Of a stretch of 64,000 nt of DNA, positions 28,762 to 39,335 are shown piece after piece. Within the stretch, counting starts at the first letter, position 1; every line of letters begins with the position of its first letter. Position numbers and translations under genes: made by a program. Under the pieces are notes generated by a model. The model had not been told where the DNA came from, did not search any database, and saw only the letters and a list, made by a program, of their open reading frames with translations. Source of the DNA: Balneolales bacterium (lineage in GTDB: Bacteria > Bacteroidota > Rhodothermia > Balneolales > Natronogracilivirgulaceae); the NCBI GenBank assembly GCA_040878115.1, contig JBBDMV010000108.1, forward strand, positions 3,118 to 67,117. Direction: 5' to 3'.

Positions 28762-29208
28762 CTATTCGACCGTGAATGTATTTGAATGCTGTGTTTGGGT
28801 TTCCCCTTCTTCATCTTCGACAAAATAATCATAGTACACTCTGTATTCACCAGGTGTTGTTTCAGTGATTCTGTGAATGAAGTCGTAAGAAATTTCCCGT
28901 ATTCGTTGCTCTCCCGGCTCAAGTGTAAAAGTGTCAATATCAAATGACGGTGGTTCTTCTTCAACCCTGGCCCAATCGCCATCAATACGTTTTTCAATAT
29001 GAGGATCGCCTGTTCGGCTAATAAACAGGTAAATATTGTTACTCATGAAATTTTCCGCAGTAATAGTAATTGCTGAATTTTCACGGAGGACTTCTTTGTC
29101 TATACCTATATTGAACTCATTTGGTTCATCGGCTGAATTGCCAAACAAGCCGCAACCTCCTAATAAAAAAGGTATAACCAGAAAAATGATAAATAGTTGT
29201 TTCTTCAT
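28762..29208 (-). CDS. hypothetical lipoprotein
   Basis: 148 aa, lipobox LLGGCG, beta-rich acidic body. No family recognised. Confidence 0.6.
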   Translation of the reverse strand: MKKQLFIIFLVIPFLLGGCGLFGNSADEPNEFNIGIDKEVLRENSAITITAENFMSNNIYLFISRTGDPHIEKRIDGDWARVEEEPPSFDIDTFTLEPGEQRIREISYDFIHRITETTPGEYRVYYDYFVEDEEGETQTQHSNTFTVE

Positions 29209-29382
29209 AATGTTGTATTTAGATCACATGTAATGAAATCAATATTTAATAATAAACCTAATGCATGATAATTTTAACTAATCAGTAATCCAATTCGGTG
29301 TTTAGGCTTTTTTCTTTTACCGGTGACATTTTGTGCTCCGTATAGAGCTTTATCCACGGGTGGGCAGACTTCAGGAGTTGAT

Positions 29383-29979
29383 TTAGTTGGTATCACGGAT
29401 TTGTTGATACTTTACTGCATACTTGCCGAAAATATCGAACTCAAGGTTTACCTGGTCATTTTCCTGTCGAAACTTAAGGTTAGTGTGCTCAAGCGTGAAA
29501 GGGATGATAGCAACAGTAAATTCATTGCCTTTCTCTCTGGCCACTGTTAGGCTAATCCCGTCAATGCAGATACTACCACGTCCTACGATGAGGGTTTGAA
29601 ATTCTTCGGGATAGCGGATGGTAATTAACCAGTTAGTTTCTTCTTTCTGGATGGATGTAATAGTTCCAGCTGTATCTACATGACCTTGAACTATATGTCC
29701 GCTGATGCGCTCGGAGAGGCGAAGCGACCGTTCCAGATTAACCTGATCACCTTGATTTAACTCGCCAAGTGCAGTTTTTCTCAGGGTCTCCTCAATTACC
29801 TGAACATCAAAATGCCTGCGATCACAATACACCACAGTCTGACAGACCCCATTTATACTTATGCTTTCGTCAATTTGTAATTCCTCTGCAAAATCACAGC
29901 CAATGCGTAATAACTTTCCGCCACCCTGGCTCTCAATTTTTGCTAACGTGCCAAGACTTTCTATTATACCGTTAAACAT
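29383..29979 (-). CDS. ribE: riboflavin synthase alpha chain
   Basis: MFNGIIESLGT N-terminus. Internal duplication with GSICIDGISLTV and ISINGVCQTV lumazine-binding repeats. Confidence 0.93.
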   Translation of the reverse strand: MFNGIIESLGTLAKIESQGGGKLLRIGCDFAEELQIDESISINGVCQTVVYCDRRHFDVQVIEETLRKTALGELNQGDQVNLERSLRLSERISGHIVQGHVDTAGTITSIQKEETNWLITIRYPEEFQTLIVGRGSICIDGISLTVAREKGNEFTVAIIPFTLEHTNLKFRQENDQVNLEFDIFGKYAVKYQQIRDTN

Positions 29980-30070
29980 TTATACTCAAAAATTTTAGTT
30001 ATTAAACCTATGCTCACCCTGAAACCACTAATAAAATATGCAGAATAAAAGGATGATCATTACTTGCAAC

Positions 30071-31198
30071 TTAAAAATAACCTGTAAAAAGCATATCCTC
30101 GCCTGATCTCTCCCAGCTAGTAGTATGCAACTTAAGGACATCCTCCATGTGGTTAATTCCTAATCCTAAAACAGATCGGGCACCACCGCCAAGTATTTTT
30201 GGGGCAATAAATAAATGAATCTTATCAACCAGGTTCTGGGTAATTAAAGCGGTCGCAAGATCACTTCCGGCTTCTACAAGAACGGATGTAATATTCATTT
30301 CACCAAGTTTCTCAATTGCCTGATTTAAGTCGCTGTGCCCATTTAGCTGGGATACCAATAGTGTTTTTCCACGAAAATAATTGGTCTGTAAAATGTTCAG
30401 CATGGGATCTGCGTGCTTGTTGTATTCCTCTTCATCGTGAGTAATTACAATCGTTTTTTTTTCATGCTGGTCCGTGAACAAATTAAGGTCTTTGGGTAAT
30501 GATAAATTGCCATCAATCACTACTCTTTTTGGTTGGCGTCCTTTTACATGGCGGACCGTCAGGTTAGGATTATCTGTTGAAGCTGTATTACGACCAATCA
30601 TCACGGCATCATAAGTGCTTCTCCATTCGTGAACTTTTTTTCTAGACTCAATGGATGTTATCCACCGAGAGTTTCCATCGGGAGCTGAAATATAACCGTC
30701 CAGAGTCTGCGCTATTTTCAGGATCACGTAAGGTTTCCTGTATTTCATGAAGAAAATAAATGCTTCATTCATTTTAGCTGCTTCTTTTTCCAGGATGCCC
30801 GTTTCAACGGTTATCCCTCTTTCTTTTAGAAGCTTGATCCCACAGCCTTGTACTTGAGGGTTTGGGTCTTCCATAGCGCAAACTACTCGTCCAATGGGGA
30901 ATGTGCATAAGGTTTCAGCGCAAGGTGGGGTTTTTCCATGATGAGAACAGGGCTCGAGAGTGACATAAACAGTTGCTCCTTCAAGTTTACTCTTATCATT
31001 AACCGATTTCAAGGCATTTACTTCGGCATGAGCTTCACCATACCTTTCGTGAAAACCCTGACCTAGCATCTCATTGGTACTGGATACGATCACACACCCG
31101 ACTAGCGGATTTGGTGATGCATAACCCTTCCCCTTTACGGCTAGTTTGAGGGCTTTCTTCATCCACTTGATATCGTTTTTGTCTGATGGTCTGGCCAT
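30071..31198 (-). CDS. ribD: bifunctional diaminohydroxyphosphoribosylaminopyrimidine deaminase / 5-amino-6-(5-phosphoribosylamino)uracil reductase
   Basis: HAEVNAL and TLEPCSHHGKTPPC deaminase zinc motifs. C-terminal reductase domain (KIAQTLDGYIS, VLVEAGS). Confidence 0.93.
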   Translation of the reverse strand: MARPSDKNDIKWMKKALKLAVKGKGYASPNPLVGCVIVSSTNEMLGQGFHERYGEAHAEVNALKSVNDKSKLEGATVYVTLEPCSHHGKTPPCAETLCTFPIGRVVCAMEDPNPQVQGCGIKLLKERGITVETGILEKEAAKMNEAFIFFMKYRKPYVILKIAQTLDGYISAPDGNSRWITSIESRKKVHEWRSTYDAVMIGRNTASTDNPNLTVRHVKGRQPKRVVIDGNLSLPKDLNLFTDQHEKKTIVITHDEEEYNKHADPMLNILQTNYFRGKTLLVSQLNGHSDLNQAIEKLGEMNITSVLVEAGSDLATALITQNLVDKIHLFIAPKILGGGARSVLGLGINHMEDVLKLHTTSWERSGEDMLFTGYF

Positions 31199-31218
31199 AA
31201 CGAAAGGATGATAATTAT

Positions 31219-31272
31219 GAAAAAAACCGTCTGTGTCTACTAACTTAAACCCTTAATAGGCACAGACGGTTT
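31219..31272 (-). terminator. rho-independent terminator of the ppiD-like gene
   Basis: aaccgtctgtg (31225-31235) pairs with cacagacggtt (31261-31271). The A-run at 31219-31226 gives a U-tract on the minus strand. Confidence 0.8.
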
Positions 31273-31281
31273 AAGAACTGG

Positions 31282-33372
31282 TTAACGAGCTGCTCTAAGG
31301 TGCCTGTAATCTTTTATATCTACACCGTGTTGAATCCTATCCGTCCATATTTGCGCGAACTCCTGGCTTCTGTTTTGGTTGAGGCCCACTCTAATCCTTT
31401 CGCGCTCATCGGTAGTCAGTTCTTCCATATCGGCATCTATACGCTCGTCAACATGCACAACAAAAACAGCACTTTCGCCTGGGATGGCTTGTGACTGTTC
31501 GCCGGGATCAAGACCAAAAACAGTTCCGATCACACGTGGCTCACGACCAAAAGCCGGAAGGTTGGTTGCATCCTTGCTGATATTATCAGCTTCATAAATC
31601 TCTATGCCCTCAGATTCGGAAATTCCCTCTATTGAAGGATGCTGTTGAAGCTGTTCGTTTACCTGTTGAGCCAAAACTTCTTTTCTTTTCTGATTTCTGA
31701 CAACAGATTCCACCTGTGAGCGGACCTCATCAAGTGGTCGTATACCTTCCGGTGTTCTTTGTTCTACTTGTACTACCACGAAACTATCGTCTGTTTCAAT
31801 CACATCAGAAATTTCACCCTGACTCATGTTTTGGAGTTCGGCCAGGATTAAACGGCTTTCCCCAAGACCTGAGATAAGAGGGTTACCTTCTGTTGCTACA
31901 GCTTCGTTGATGGTCAGGCTGGCGCTTTCAGCCTCTTCTTCAAAGCTATTATTATTGGCAGAATAATAGGCAAAATCATCGGCTTCCCTGGCCAGTGCTT
32001 CAATAGTAGCCAATGGATCGGGTTCAATGAAGCGGCTTAGATCTGCAAATCGAATTTCCTGATCGGTACGATCAATAACCTCTAAGATATAAAAGCTGTT
32101 ATCGGCTGCTACTGGTCCAACTATGGAACCTGGAGAAGCCTGAAAAGCAGCGTTTGCAACGGGTTCCGGTTTATCCTGTCGGCTGAAATACCCGATCTCA
32201 CCACCATCACTCGCACTTTGATTATCCTGGGAATGTATTCTAGCCAGTTGTTCGAATGACTCTCCATCACGCGCCTCCTGGGCTATAACTTCAGCTCTTG
32301 TCTCAACCTCATCACGATTTTGTTCGGTAAAGTTTAGCTGTATCTGTCTTGCCCTGGTATAAGATTGACCCGCATTTTGCTGTTCAAGCTTTTTAATTAA
32401 ATGAGCTTGGCTCCCGTGAATATAAGGCTCAGAAACCTCACCGACATTAAGTTCGAAGGCTTTCAGATGTTCATTCCTGGCTTCTGTAGGATCCAAAAAG
32501 TCTTCGAAATACCTGGTTTGTGACTCGTGCGTCTCAAGAAAAATAGAGTCCTCTTCGGTAGCCTGAAAATCATCGCGTAAGGCATCCAGTTCATTTAGGG
32601 TTCTCAAGGTATCTTCAGCAGAAGGCTCTTTTGGGAACTCTACGTATGAAATTGCCCATCTTTCGCTTCTTCTGAAGCGATCTTGGTTATTTTGATAATA
32701 GTTGCGTACCTCAGAGTCCGTAACCTCAATTTTGGCTTCGTCCACTTCAGAATAGGGGAAGCGAACATAACGAAAGTCAGCGCTGGTATTTTGGCGGATA
32801 AACTCCCGTTCCACTTCTGAGTCACTGACGATCAAAGACGATTCAAGATAATTATTTAGCTTTTCCTGTCTCCGCTGTTCCCTGAGTTGTTGTTCTACCA
32901 TCACCCAGATATCTGTATTTTCAGGGGCTTCAATAGCATTTCTTAGGGCCATACGATCAATGGTCCCATCTTCAAGTTGAAATTGCTGTCGAATAAAAGG
33001 AGCCGGGTTATCGCCGGTAACCATTTGCATCAGTTCTTCATCAGTGACGGCGAGGCCTATTTCATCCATTTTTTGTTGAAGGACTGTATTCAAAACGAGT
33101 TCGTCCCAAACGCGCTCTTCATACATAGCCCGTATTTCCATATCCGGGGCTTCACCGGCACGCTGCCGGTATTGCTCAGTATACATGTTCAGGCGCTCGT
33201 TAAATTCTTCGTAACTAATGGGTTGACCTTTTACTTCGCCCATTGCAGATGGACCTACCATAACGGCATCAAATACCTGCGTATCGGCAAGAACCCATAG
33301 GAGACCAAAAGAGATAATTAAGATCCAGATTGTATACTTGGTACCGCCTCTCAGCTTTTCCATCAAACCCAT
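31282..33372 (-). CDS. periplasmic chaperone / parvulin-type peptidyl-prolyl isomerase (PpiD/SurA-like)
   Basis: N-terminal TM anchor, SurA-N-like region and a parvulin domain (RARQIQL ... GGEIGYFSRQD ... GSIVGPV). Confidence 0.8.
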   Translation of the reverse strand: MGLMEKLRGGTKYTIWILIISFGLLWVLADTQVFDAVMVGPSAMGEVKGQPISYEEFNERLNMYTEQYRQRAGEAPDMEIRAMYEERVWDELVLNTVLQQKMDEIGLAVTDEELMQMVTGDNPAPFIRQQFQLEDGTIDRMALRNAIEAPENTDIWVMVEQQLREQRRQEKLNNYLESSLIVSDSEVEREFIRQNTSADFRYVRFPYSEVDEAKIEVTDSEVRNYYQNNQDRFRRSERWAISYVEFPKEPSAEDTLRTLNELDALRDDFQATEEDSIFLETHESQTRYFEDFLDPTEARNEHLKAFELNVGEVSEPYIHGSQAHLIKKLEQQNAGQSYTRARQIQLNFTEQNRDEVETRAEVIAQEARDGESFEQLARIHSQDNQSASDGGEIGYFSRQDKPEPVANAAFQASPGSIVGPVAADNSFYILEVIDRTDQEIRFADLSRFIEPDPLATIEALAREADDFAYYSANNNSFEEEAESASLTINEAVATEGNPLISGLGESRLILAELQNMSQGEISDVIETDDSFVVVQVEQRTPEGIRPLDEVRSQVESVVRNQKRKEVLAQQVNEQLQQHPSIEGISESEGIEIYEADNISKDATNLPAFGREPRVIGTVFGLDPGEQSQAIPGESAVFVVHVDERIDADMEELTTDERERIRVGLNQNRSQEFAQIWTDRIQHGVDIKDYRHLRAAR

Positions 33373-33641
33373 AAAAAAATCCTGTACTTGCTAAAATTTG
33401 TAATAATATTGAATAAAGTAACTGCCGAAGATACTGCGATTCCCGGCGAAGAGCAAAATTCCAGGGAGTGCCTTCATCTAATGTAATAACGTAGAAAGAT
33501 TAATTATCTTTTAGATGCACGACTTGATTTAAGAGCAAAAACTCCCAGGTACTTCCAAACCATTTGATGCATATTACCTCCAAATTCAAGTTTGGGACCC
33601 TTCTTTAAAAATTACAAAGGTTTGCTATGACAGTTCAAAAC

Positions 33642-34574
33642 CTAAAATAAATCTATCAATCGTAAATGCTTAACAAACTGGCTTGGGTCATCATTTATAT
33701 CCATAATCAGCTCATTCATATTATAGGATAGCGTGTCCAAATTTTGATACAGAGACGGATCATTGATAAACATACCCAGACTTCCCTCACCGCTGTTAAT
33801 TTTCTTCATCGTAATACTGAGCTCCGAACTGACACCACCAAGTTCGGCAGTGACTTTGTTAAGCTCTCTGCCGGTAACGGCCAGGTTTGTTAATAAGCTG
33901 TCTAATTGTTCCTCTCGTCCGGTGCTGAGCGTGTCTACATTAGCCAGTATATTTTGTAATGAACCTATGGCTTGAGTTAATTCCTGCTCTTTTTCACGGA
34001 CGGCCCGATCAACATTTTGTGTTGTCTGGCTTAAATGATGAAGGAACTGCTCTACATCCTGGCTGCCACCCTCGAGCATTACACGATCCAATTCTCTAAG
34101 CAGGGAAGACAGGCTTTTAGTTGATTCGGTTATATTCGGTCCGAGTTCTTCACTATACGATTGCACATCGCCCATTAATCCTTCGTCAAATCGTCCTTCT
34201 ATATATCCATCATATTCAATAGTATCTGTACGGTCTGACCTTTCGATTGTGATAGCTTTATTTCCGATCATATCTACAGATTGTATTAAAGCGACGGAGC
34301 CTTTTGGAATACCCTTATCATAATTAATGTTGAGCACAACATGTACGCTGTCGGCATCAGTAAGATTTATATCACGTACAGTACCGACCTTTACGCCAGA
34401 CATTAATATAGAAGTTCCGATATTGATGCCATTTACGCGATCAAAGTGGGTATTTATAATCTCAGTCTGTCGAAAAACGGGCATATCCTGCATAAATCGA
34501 AAACCTACAATAGCAATAACAAGAGCTAAAGCTATGGTCAGACCTATTTTAATTTCGTTGCTAAGTTTCTTCAA
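33642..34574 (-). CDS. mlaD: MlaD/MCE-family protein
   Basis: N-terminal TM helix plus MCE domain (GINIGTSILMSGVKVGTVRDI) and a long C-terminal helical region. 4-nt overlap with the ATPase gene. Confidence 0.82.
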   Translation of the reverse strand: MKKLSNEIKIGLTIALALVIAIVGFRFMQDMPVFRQTEIINTHFDRVNGINIGTSILMSGVKVGTVRDINLTDADSVHVVLNINYDKGIPKGSVALIQSVDMIGNKAITIERSDRTDTIEYDGYIEGRFDEGLMGDVQSYSEELGPNITESTKSLSSLLRELDRVMLEGGSQDVEQFLHHLSQTTQNVDRAVREKEQELTQAIGSLQNILANVDTLSTGREEQLDSLLTNLAVTGRELNKVTAELGGVSSELSITMKKINSGEGSLGMFINDPSLYQNLDTLSYNMNELIMDINDDPSQFVKHLRLIDLF

Positions 34575-35323
34575 AATTCACCTCGTTTACTAATTTGATA
34601 TTCACTTGCTCTGATGAAACTATTTAACCTTTTATGTGTGCTTTTTTCCATTTCTTCAATGGTTCCATACCAGCTTAGTTTTTGCTCATCAATAAAAGCA
34701 GCCTTGTCAGCTACCCTAAGCACGCTATGCATATCATGTGTAACTACTACTGATAAAACATCAAGTTCATCTGCCATTAATATAATCAGGTCATTAATCT
34801 CATCGGACGTTTCCGGGTCTAGTCCGGACGTGGGTTCATCATATAAAATATAATCAGGCCGAAGTACTATAGCTCGTGCAATGCCAATCCGTTTACGCAT
34901 ACCACCCGATAAAGCTGCAGTAGATTTGTCACCTATATTTTCCAGGTTAACCTGTTCAAGGCTTTCCAAAACACGTTTCCTGATCTTAGATTCAGAATAG
35001 TCCGTAAAATATCGCAGGGGGAAAGCCACATTCTCAAACGCACTGATGGAGTCGAAAAGTGCCGCGCCCTGAAAAAGAACGCCAAATCGCTGGCGCACAT
35101 TTCTAAGTTCGGCATACGACATATCGAAAATACTTACACCATCTATTAAAACTCCCCCTTCGTTTGGGCTCATAAGGGCATTTATATGCTTCATCAAAAC
35201 CGATTTCCCCGAGCCGGATTTCCCTATAATAGCCAGAGTTTCTCCTTCATCAATGTTTAAATTGACGTTTTCCCAAATAAGGGTATCCCCAAAACTTTTT
35301 GTAAGATTCTTTATTTCAATCAT
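34571..35323 (-). CDS. mlaF: ABC transporter ATP-binding protein (MlaF-like)
   Basis: Walker A GKSGSGKS, signature LSGGMRKR, Walker B ILYDEPTSGLD. Confidence 0.9.
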   Translation of the reverse strand: MIEIKNLTKSFGDTLIWENVNLNIDEGETLAIIGKSGSGKSVLMKHINALMSPNEGGVLIDGVSIFDMSYAELRNVRQRFGVLFQGAALFDSISAFENVAFPLRYFTDYSESKIRKRVLESLEQVNLENIGDKSTAALSGGMRKRIGIARAIVLRPDYILYDEPTSGLDPETSDEINDLIILMADELDVLSVVVTHDMHSVLRVADKAAFIDEQKLSWYGTIEEMEKSTHKRLNSFIRASEYQISKRGEF

Positions 35324-35333
35324 GAGTAGCTTA

Positions 35334-36071
35334 TCACAGCAAAATTATAGCTAATACCAAATCAGCTAAAAGTACATAAATACAGCTTAATACGGTGGCT
35401 TGAGTTGTGGCATTTCCTACTCCCTCTGCTCCACCTGAAGCGTAATACCCTTTAAAACACGAAATGGAAGTAATCACGTAACCAAATACAAACGCCTTGA
35501 TCAGACCAAAAGTTACATCCCAGGGGAAAAAAACTTGTCTTGCCCCTATCAAAAAGTCGGCAGGAGGCAGAGCTCCTGTTATGAAACCTGCCAGTATACC
35601 GCCTCCTATTCCGGCGGTACCGGCTGCTATATAAATAATCGGAAACATAATCAGGCCCGCAAGTACCCTGGGCATTACCAAAAAAGTAACCGAGTTAAAA
35701 CCCATAGATTCGAGAGCGTCTATTTGCTCGCTTACGGCCATAGTACCCAATTCAGTTGCGATACGTGCTCCAACCCGGCCGGCAAGAACGAGCGCACTGA
35801 TTACGGCTGCCAATTCAATAAGCAAAGACTGAGATACTATGGCACCGATTGTGGATCGCGGAATAAACCCCGCCAAAAGCTGATAGGCAGTTTGAACAGT
35901 CATAACTGCTCCCGTGAAAAAACCTGCTAAAATAATAATAGGCAGGGAATCGTACCCCGTTTTTATCATTTCCAGAGTGAGGTTCTTTCGGTATGTGCCA
36001 AACTCTGATGATGACCTTAAGGCCTCAAACAACAACCTGCAATAGCGTCCCAGGTCTGTAAATAATTGCAT
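35334..36071 (-). CDS. mlaE: MlaE-family ABC transporter permease
   Basis: 245 aa, five TM segments and the conserved block GARIATELGTMAVSEQIDALESMG. Confidence 0.9.
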   Translation of the reverse strand: MQLFTDLGRYCRLLFEALRSSSEFGTYRKNLTLEMIKTGYDSLPIIILAGFFTGAVMTVQTAYQLLAGFIPRSTIGAIVSQSLLIELAAVISALVLAGRVGARIATELGTMAVSEQIDALESMGFNSVTFLVMPRVLAGLIMFPIIYIAAGTAGIGGGILAGFITGALPPADFLIGARQVFFPWDVTFGLIKAFVFGYVITSISCFKGYYASGGAEGVGNATTQATVLSCIYVLLADLVLAIILL

Positions 36072-36296
36072 TTACTAATCTCTATTTTTCAAGCCCCGGT
36101 CTTCAACATAGTGAATTTCCCATGCTTTTAACCAAAAGATTGGGGTTAATTTTCTTTAAATATACGCATAACTGGCAAACATATTTAATCCAACTAATTA
36201 AAAGCCATTAACGTTCTTTTTTGAAATCATAATCATAACATTAACAACAGAATTTCATATTTTAGTGATCAATTTAGAGTCAGTACCTTTATTTTT

Positions 36297-36545
36297 TTGA
36301 ATGTGTTTTCAAAAATTTCCTCTTTGCTCATCATGTTATTAGCATTCGCGTCTTATGCCGAAGCTCAAAGTGATTTCAATTCAACTTTCCGCTTTCTCAA
36401 CATCCCGAGTTCAGCCCGGGCAGCGGGCTTAGGTGGTGTAAATGTGGCGTTGCCGGATGCTGATGTTACCCATTCCCAGATGAACCCTGCCCATTCAGAC
36501 AAGCCTTTAATTTCAATTATAAACGTGACACTTAAAAACATATAA
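36297..36545 (+). pseudogene. truncated N-terminal fragment of a PorV/PorQ-family outer-membrane protein
   Basis: Signal peptide plus FRFLNIPSSARAAGLGGVNVALPDADVTHSQMNPA, which matches the N-terminal block of PorQ-type proteins (FLxxPxSARxAALGG...D.D....NPA). The ORF stops after 82 aa and its TAA overlaps the aroC ATG. Full-length family members are several-fold longer. Confidence 0.45.
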
Positions 36546-37720
36546 TGATACGCTATCTTACGGCCGGTGAATCTCACGGTCCCGAATTAACTGGAATTGT
36601 TGAAGGTTTGCCTGCGGGGCTTACACTCAAAAGTGAAGACATTGCCCTACACCTTGCGCGCCGTCAAAAAGGCTATGGAAGAGGCGGCAGGATGGCATTT
36701 GAAAAAGATGTTGCTGAGATCATTTCGGGTGTGCGTTTTAGCAAAACTATGGGTAGCCCGGTTTCTCTGAAACTTCACAACAAAGCTTTCAAGAACGACC
36801 CACAAAACTGGCCCAAAGTAATGGCTGCCGACGGTGATGGTGAGGGGGTTGAGCGAATAACCATTCCAAGACCGGGTCATGCCGATTTGGTAGGAACGCA
36901 AAAGTATCAATTAAACGATATTCGCCCGGTTATCGAACGGTCCAGTGCACGGGAGACGGGAATTCGTGTAGCATGTACCGCAACGGCCCGGATATTTTTA
37001 AAGCATTTTGGCATTGAAATAGGTGGACACGTTCTGCAAATTGGTGGTGTGGGGTATGACAAATGGGATGAGATTCGTGAGCTTGCTGATCCGCTGACCA
37101 AACAGGGAGCTGAGAATTTATTCAGAAGAGCCGATGAATCTGAGGTGAGATGCCTGAAAGATGACCTTTCGCGGCAAATGGTAGATGAAATTAAGGTCCG
37201 CCGTAAAGAAGGGACTTCACTTGGCGGCATTTATGAGATTGTAATCACCGGAGTTCCGGAAGGGTTGGGTAGTTACTCACAATGGGACAGGAAGATGGAA
37301 GGGCAAATTGCTCAGGCTATTATGAGTACACAGGCCATGAAGGGCGTCGAAATTGGGATAGGTTTTGAAGCAGGAAGACGACGAGGCCATGAAATACACG
37401 ACGAAATAACCTGGGATGGGAACACATATGGCCGTAAGACCAATAGGGCCGGTGGGATAGAAGGAGGTATCAGTACAGGAATGCCCATTATCATACGCGG
37501 TGCCATGAAGCCCATACCCACTATGCTCAAGCCTATAGATACCGTCGACATTGATACCAAAGAAACCGTAGATACACGCTATGAACGGTCCGATGTTTGC
37601 GCACTGCCCAGGGCCGTGGTTGTAATTGAAAATATACTGGCACCTGTTATTGCTAATGCATTTCTCGAAAAATACGGCGGAGATTCTATCGGGGAAATCG
37701 AACAAAGATATAAAGTTTAA
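36545..37720 (+). CDS. aroC: chorismate synthase
   Basis: MIRYLTAGESHGPELTGIVEG N-terminus, RPGHADL, SARETG. Confidence 0.95.
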   Translation: MIRYLTAGESHGPELTGIVEGLPAGLTLKSEDIALHLARRQKGYGRGGRMAFEKDVAEIISGVRFSKTMGSPVSLKLHNKAFKNDPQNWPKVMAADGDGEGVERITIPRPGHADLVGTQKYQLNDIRPVIERSSARETGIRVACTATARIFLKHFGIEIGGHVLQIGGVGYDKWDEIRELADPLTKQGAENLFRRADESEVRCLKDDLSRQMVDEIKVRRKEGTSLGGIYEIVITGVPEGLGSYSQWDRKMEGQIAQAIMSTQAMKGVEIGIGFEAGRRRGHEIHDEITWDGNTYGRKTNRAGGIEGGISTGMPIIIRGAMKPIPTMLKPIDTVDIDTKETVDTRYERSDVCALPRAVVVIENILAPVIANAFLEKYGGDSIGEIEQRYKV

Positions 37721-37732
37721 AAAGCTGATATT

Positions 37733-38056
37733 ATGCAAAAGAAAAGAATGGAAAAGCTGAAAGAGTTTTTAGCAAAAGATCCCACAGATTCTTTTGCTAA
37801 ATTTGCTTTAGCTCTGGAGTATGTGAATCTTTCAGAGTTGGACACGGCCAGAGCTTTGTTCGAAGAACTTCAACAAGATGATCCTGAGTATGTAGGTCTG
37901 TATTACCATTTGGGTAAGCTTTATGAAAATCTAGATGAAACAGGTCCTGCTATTACAACTTACAACAAAGGAATAGAAGTTGCGGAAAATGCTGCCGATG
38001 AGCATTCTGCATCAGAACTACGTCAAGCTTTATTAGAAATCGAATCAGAGGATTAA
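37733..38056 (+). CDS. tetratricopeptide-repeat protein
   Basis: 107 aa. TPR-like helices (FAKFALALEYVNLSELDTARALFEEL, YYHLGKLYENLDE). Confidence 0.6.
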   Translation: MQKKRMEKLKEFLAKDPTDSFAKFALALEYVNLSELDTARALFEELQQDDPEYVGLYYHLGKLYENLDETGPAITTYNKGIEVAENAADEHSASELRQALLEIESED

Positions 38057-38060
38057 CCCC

Positions 38061-39281
38061 ATGAAAAGTTTAAAAAATACCATTGCAAAAAATTTAGTAG
38101 CTTTTTTATTCTCACATTTCCTTGTATTTAGTGCCATGAATTTGCATGCTCAGGAAAAGCATACGGTTCGTTCCGGAGATACGCTTTTTGGCATATCCAA
38201 TACATATGATGTCACCGTTAATGATATTAGAAAGTGGAATGATATTAATGGAAATTCGATATCAGTCGATCAGGTCCTGATTGTATCTGGTCCGGACCAA
38301 AGCCGCGGATCTTCAGAGTCTACTTTATCACAAGAAGGCACCATACACACTGTTGAGGCCGGAGAGACTTTGTTTCGCATATCCCGCCAATATAATGTGA
38401 GCGTTAATGACATCAGAGAGTGGAATAACCTAAGCAATGATGATCTGAAAATAGGCGAAGAGCTAAAAATCCACAAAGATGCTGTTACTGAAAACAGTTC
38501 ACCGGTGGTCGAAAACATAAGTGAGAGTTCCTCATTATCAACCCGGCCCTCGCAAGATTATCATGAAGTAGCTCGTGGCGAAACGCTGTATCGAATTTCT
38601 CAACAATATAATATGAGCGTGTCTGAGCTCCAGCAGCTTAACAATATTGAGGGCTCTCAGCTAAATATTGGCCAATTTCTTATTGTGCATGCAAGTAAGC
38701 CAGCCTCATCAGGCATAAGCAAAGCTACGGTGACTGAAGTGGTAGAAGCGGAAGAAGGAGAAGCAGCGGGAGCGGACATTTCAACACCTCTGGGAGCATT
38801 TGAAAGCCATATTTTAGGAGAAAATGAAACCGTTGAAGGATTAATTACCCATTACCGTATGGACCAGGAAGAGTTTTCCAGCCTGAACCCCCATTTCAAA
38901 TTGGATGAAATCAAAGCCGGTGATAGCTTGAAAGTCTTAAAGCCGGTCACATCCGGACGAAAGAATCCCTACCGGGTAGGTTCCAATTTAGAAGAAGGTG
39001 GAGATATATCGGTGACTGTTTATGATCCTCAGCAAAAAGGCAGCACAACAACCAGTGGTGACTTATATAACCCCGGTCATCTCACAGCTGCCCATGCTTC
39101 ATTAAGACTTGGTAAGGTTATATATATTGAAAACCCTGCCAATGAGAAAGGTATTTTTGTACAGATCAATGACCGGGTAACCGGAAATTATGTGAAGCTC
39201 TCCTCTGCCGCTTTTCAGTCTCTTGGTTTTGAAAAGAGCGACGAACTTGCAGCCAGGATATACGAAGAGATGCCCCAATAA
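38061..39281 (+). CDS. LysM-repeat protein with C-terminal RlpA-like double-psi beta-barrel domain
   Basis: Three clear LysM repeats (HTVRSGDTLFGIS, HTVEAGETLFRIS, HEVARGETLYRIS) and a possible fourth. The C-terminus TSGDLYNPGHLTAAHASLRLGKVIYIENPANEKGIFVQINDR is RlpA-like. Confidence 0.85.
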   Translation: MKSLKNTIAKNLVAFLFSHFLVFSAMNLHAQEKHTVRSGDTLFGISNTYDVTVNDIRKWNDINGNSISVDQVLIVSGPDQSRGSSESTLSQEGTIHTVEAGETLFRISRQYNVSVNDIREWNNLSNDDLKIGEELKIHKDAVTENSSPVVENISESSSLSTRPSQDYHEVARGETLYRISQQYNMSVSELQQLNNIEGSQLNIGQFLIVHASKPASSGISKATVTEVVEAEEGEAAGADISTPLGAFESHILGENETVEGLITHYRMDQEEFSSLNPHFKLDEIKAGDSLKVLKPVTSGRKNPYRVGSNLEEGGDISVTVYDPQQKGSTTTSGDLYNPGHLTAAHASLRLGKVIYIENPANEKGIFVQINDRVTGNYVKLSSAAFQSLGFEKSDELAARIYEEMPQ

Positions 39282-39313
39282 ATAGGTCCTGCATGGCTTA
39301 TTTTAGAAAAAGC

Positions 39314-39335
39314 AGAAGCTTAACATACAGCTTCT
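39314..39335 (+). terminator. weak stem-loop after the LysM/RlpA gene
   Basis: agaagct (39314-39320) pairs with agcttct (39329-39335), with an 8-nt loop. The T-tract is poor. Confidence 0.35.

Noticed and set aside
31199-31281. Expected FMN riboswitch upstream of ribD
   Set aside because: The 83-nt gap is almost fully occupied by the ppiD-like terminator hairpin, and no FMN-element sequence is present. ribD-ribE are apparently not riboswitch-controlled here, or are transcribed by read-through.
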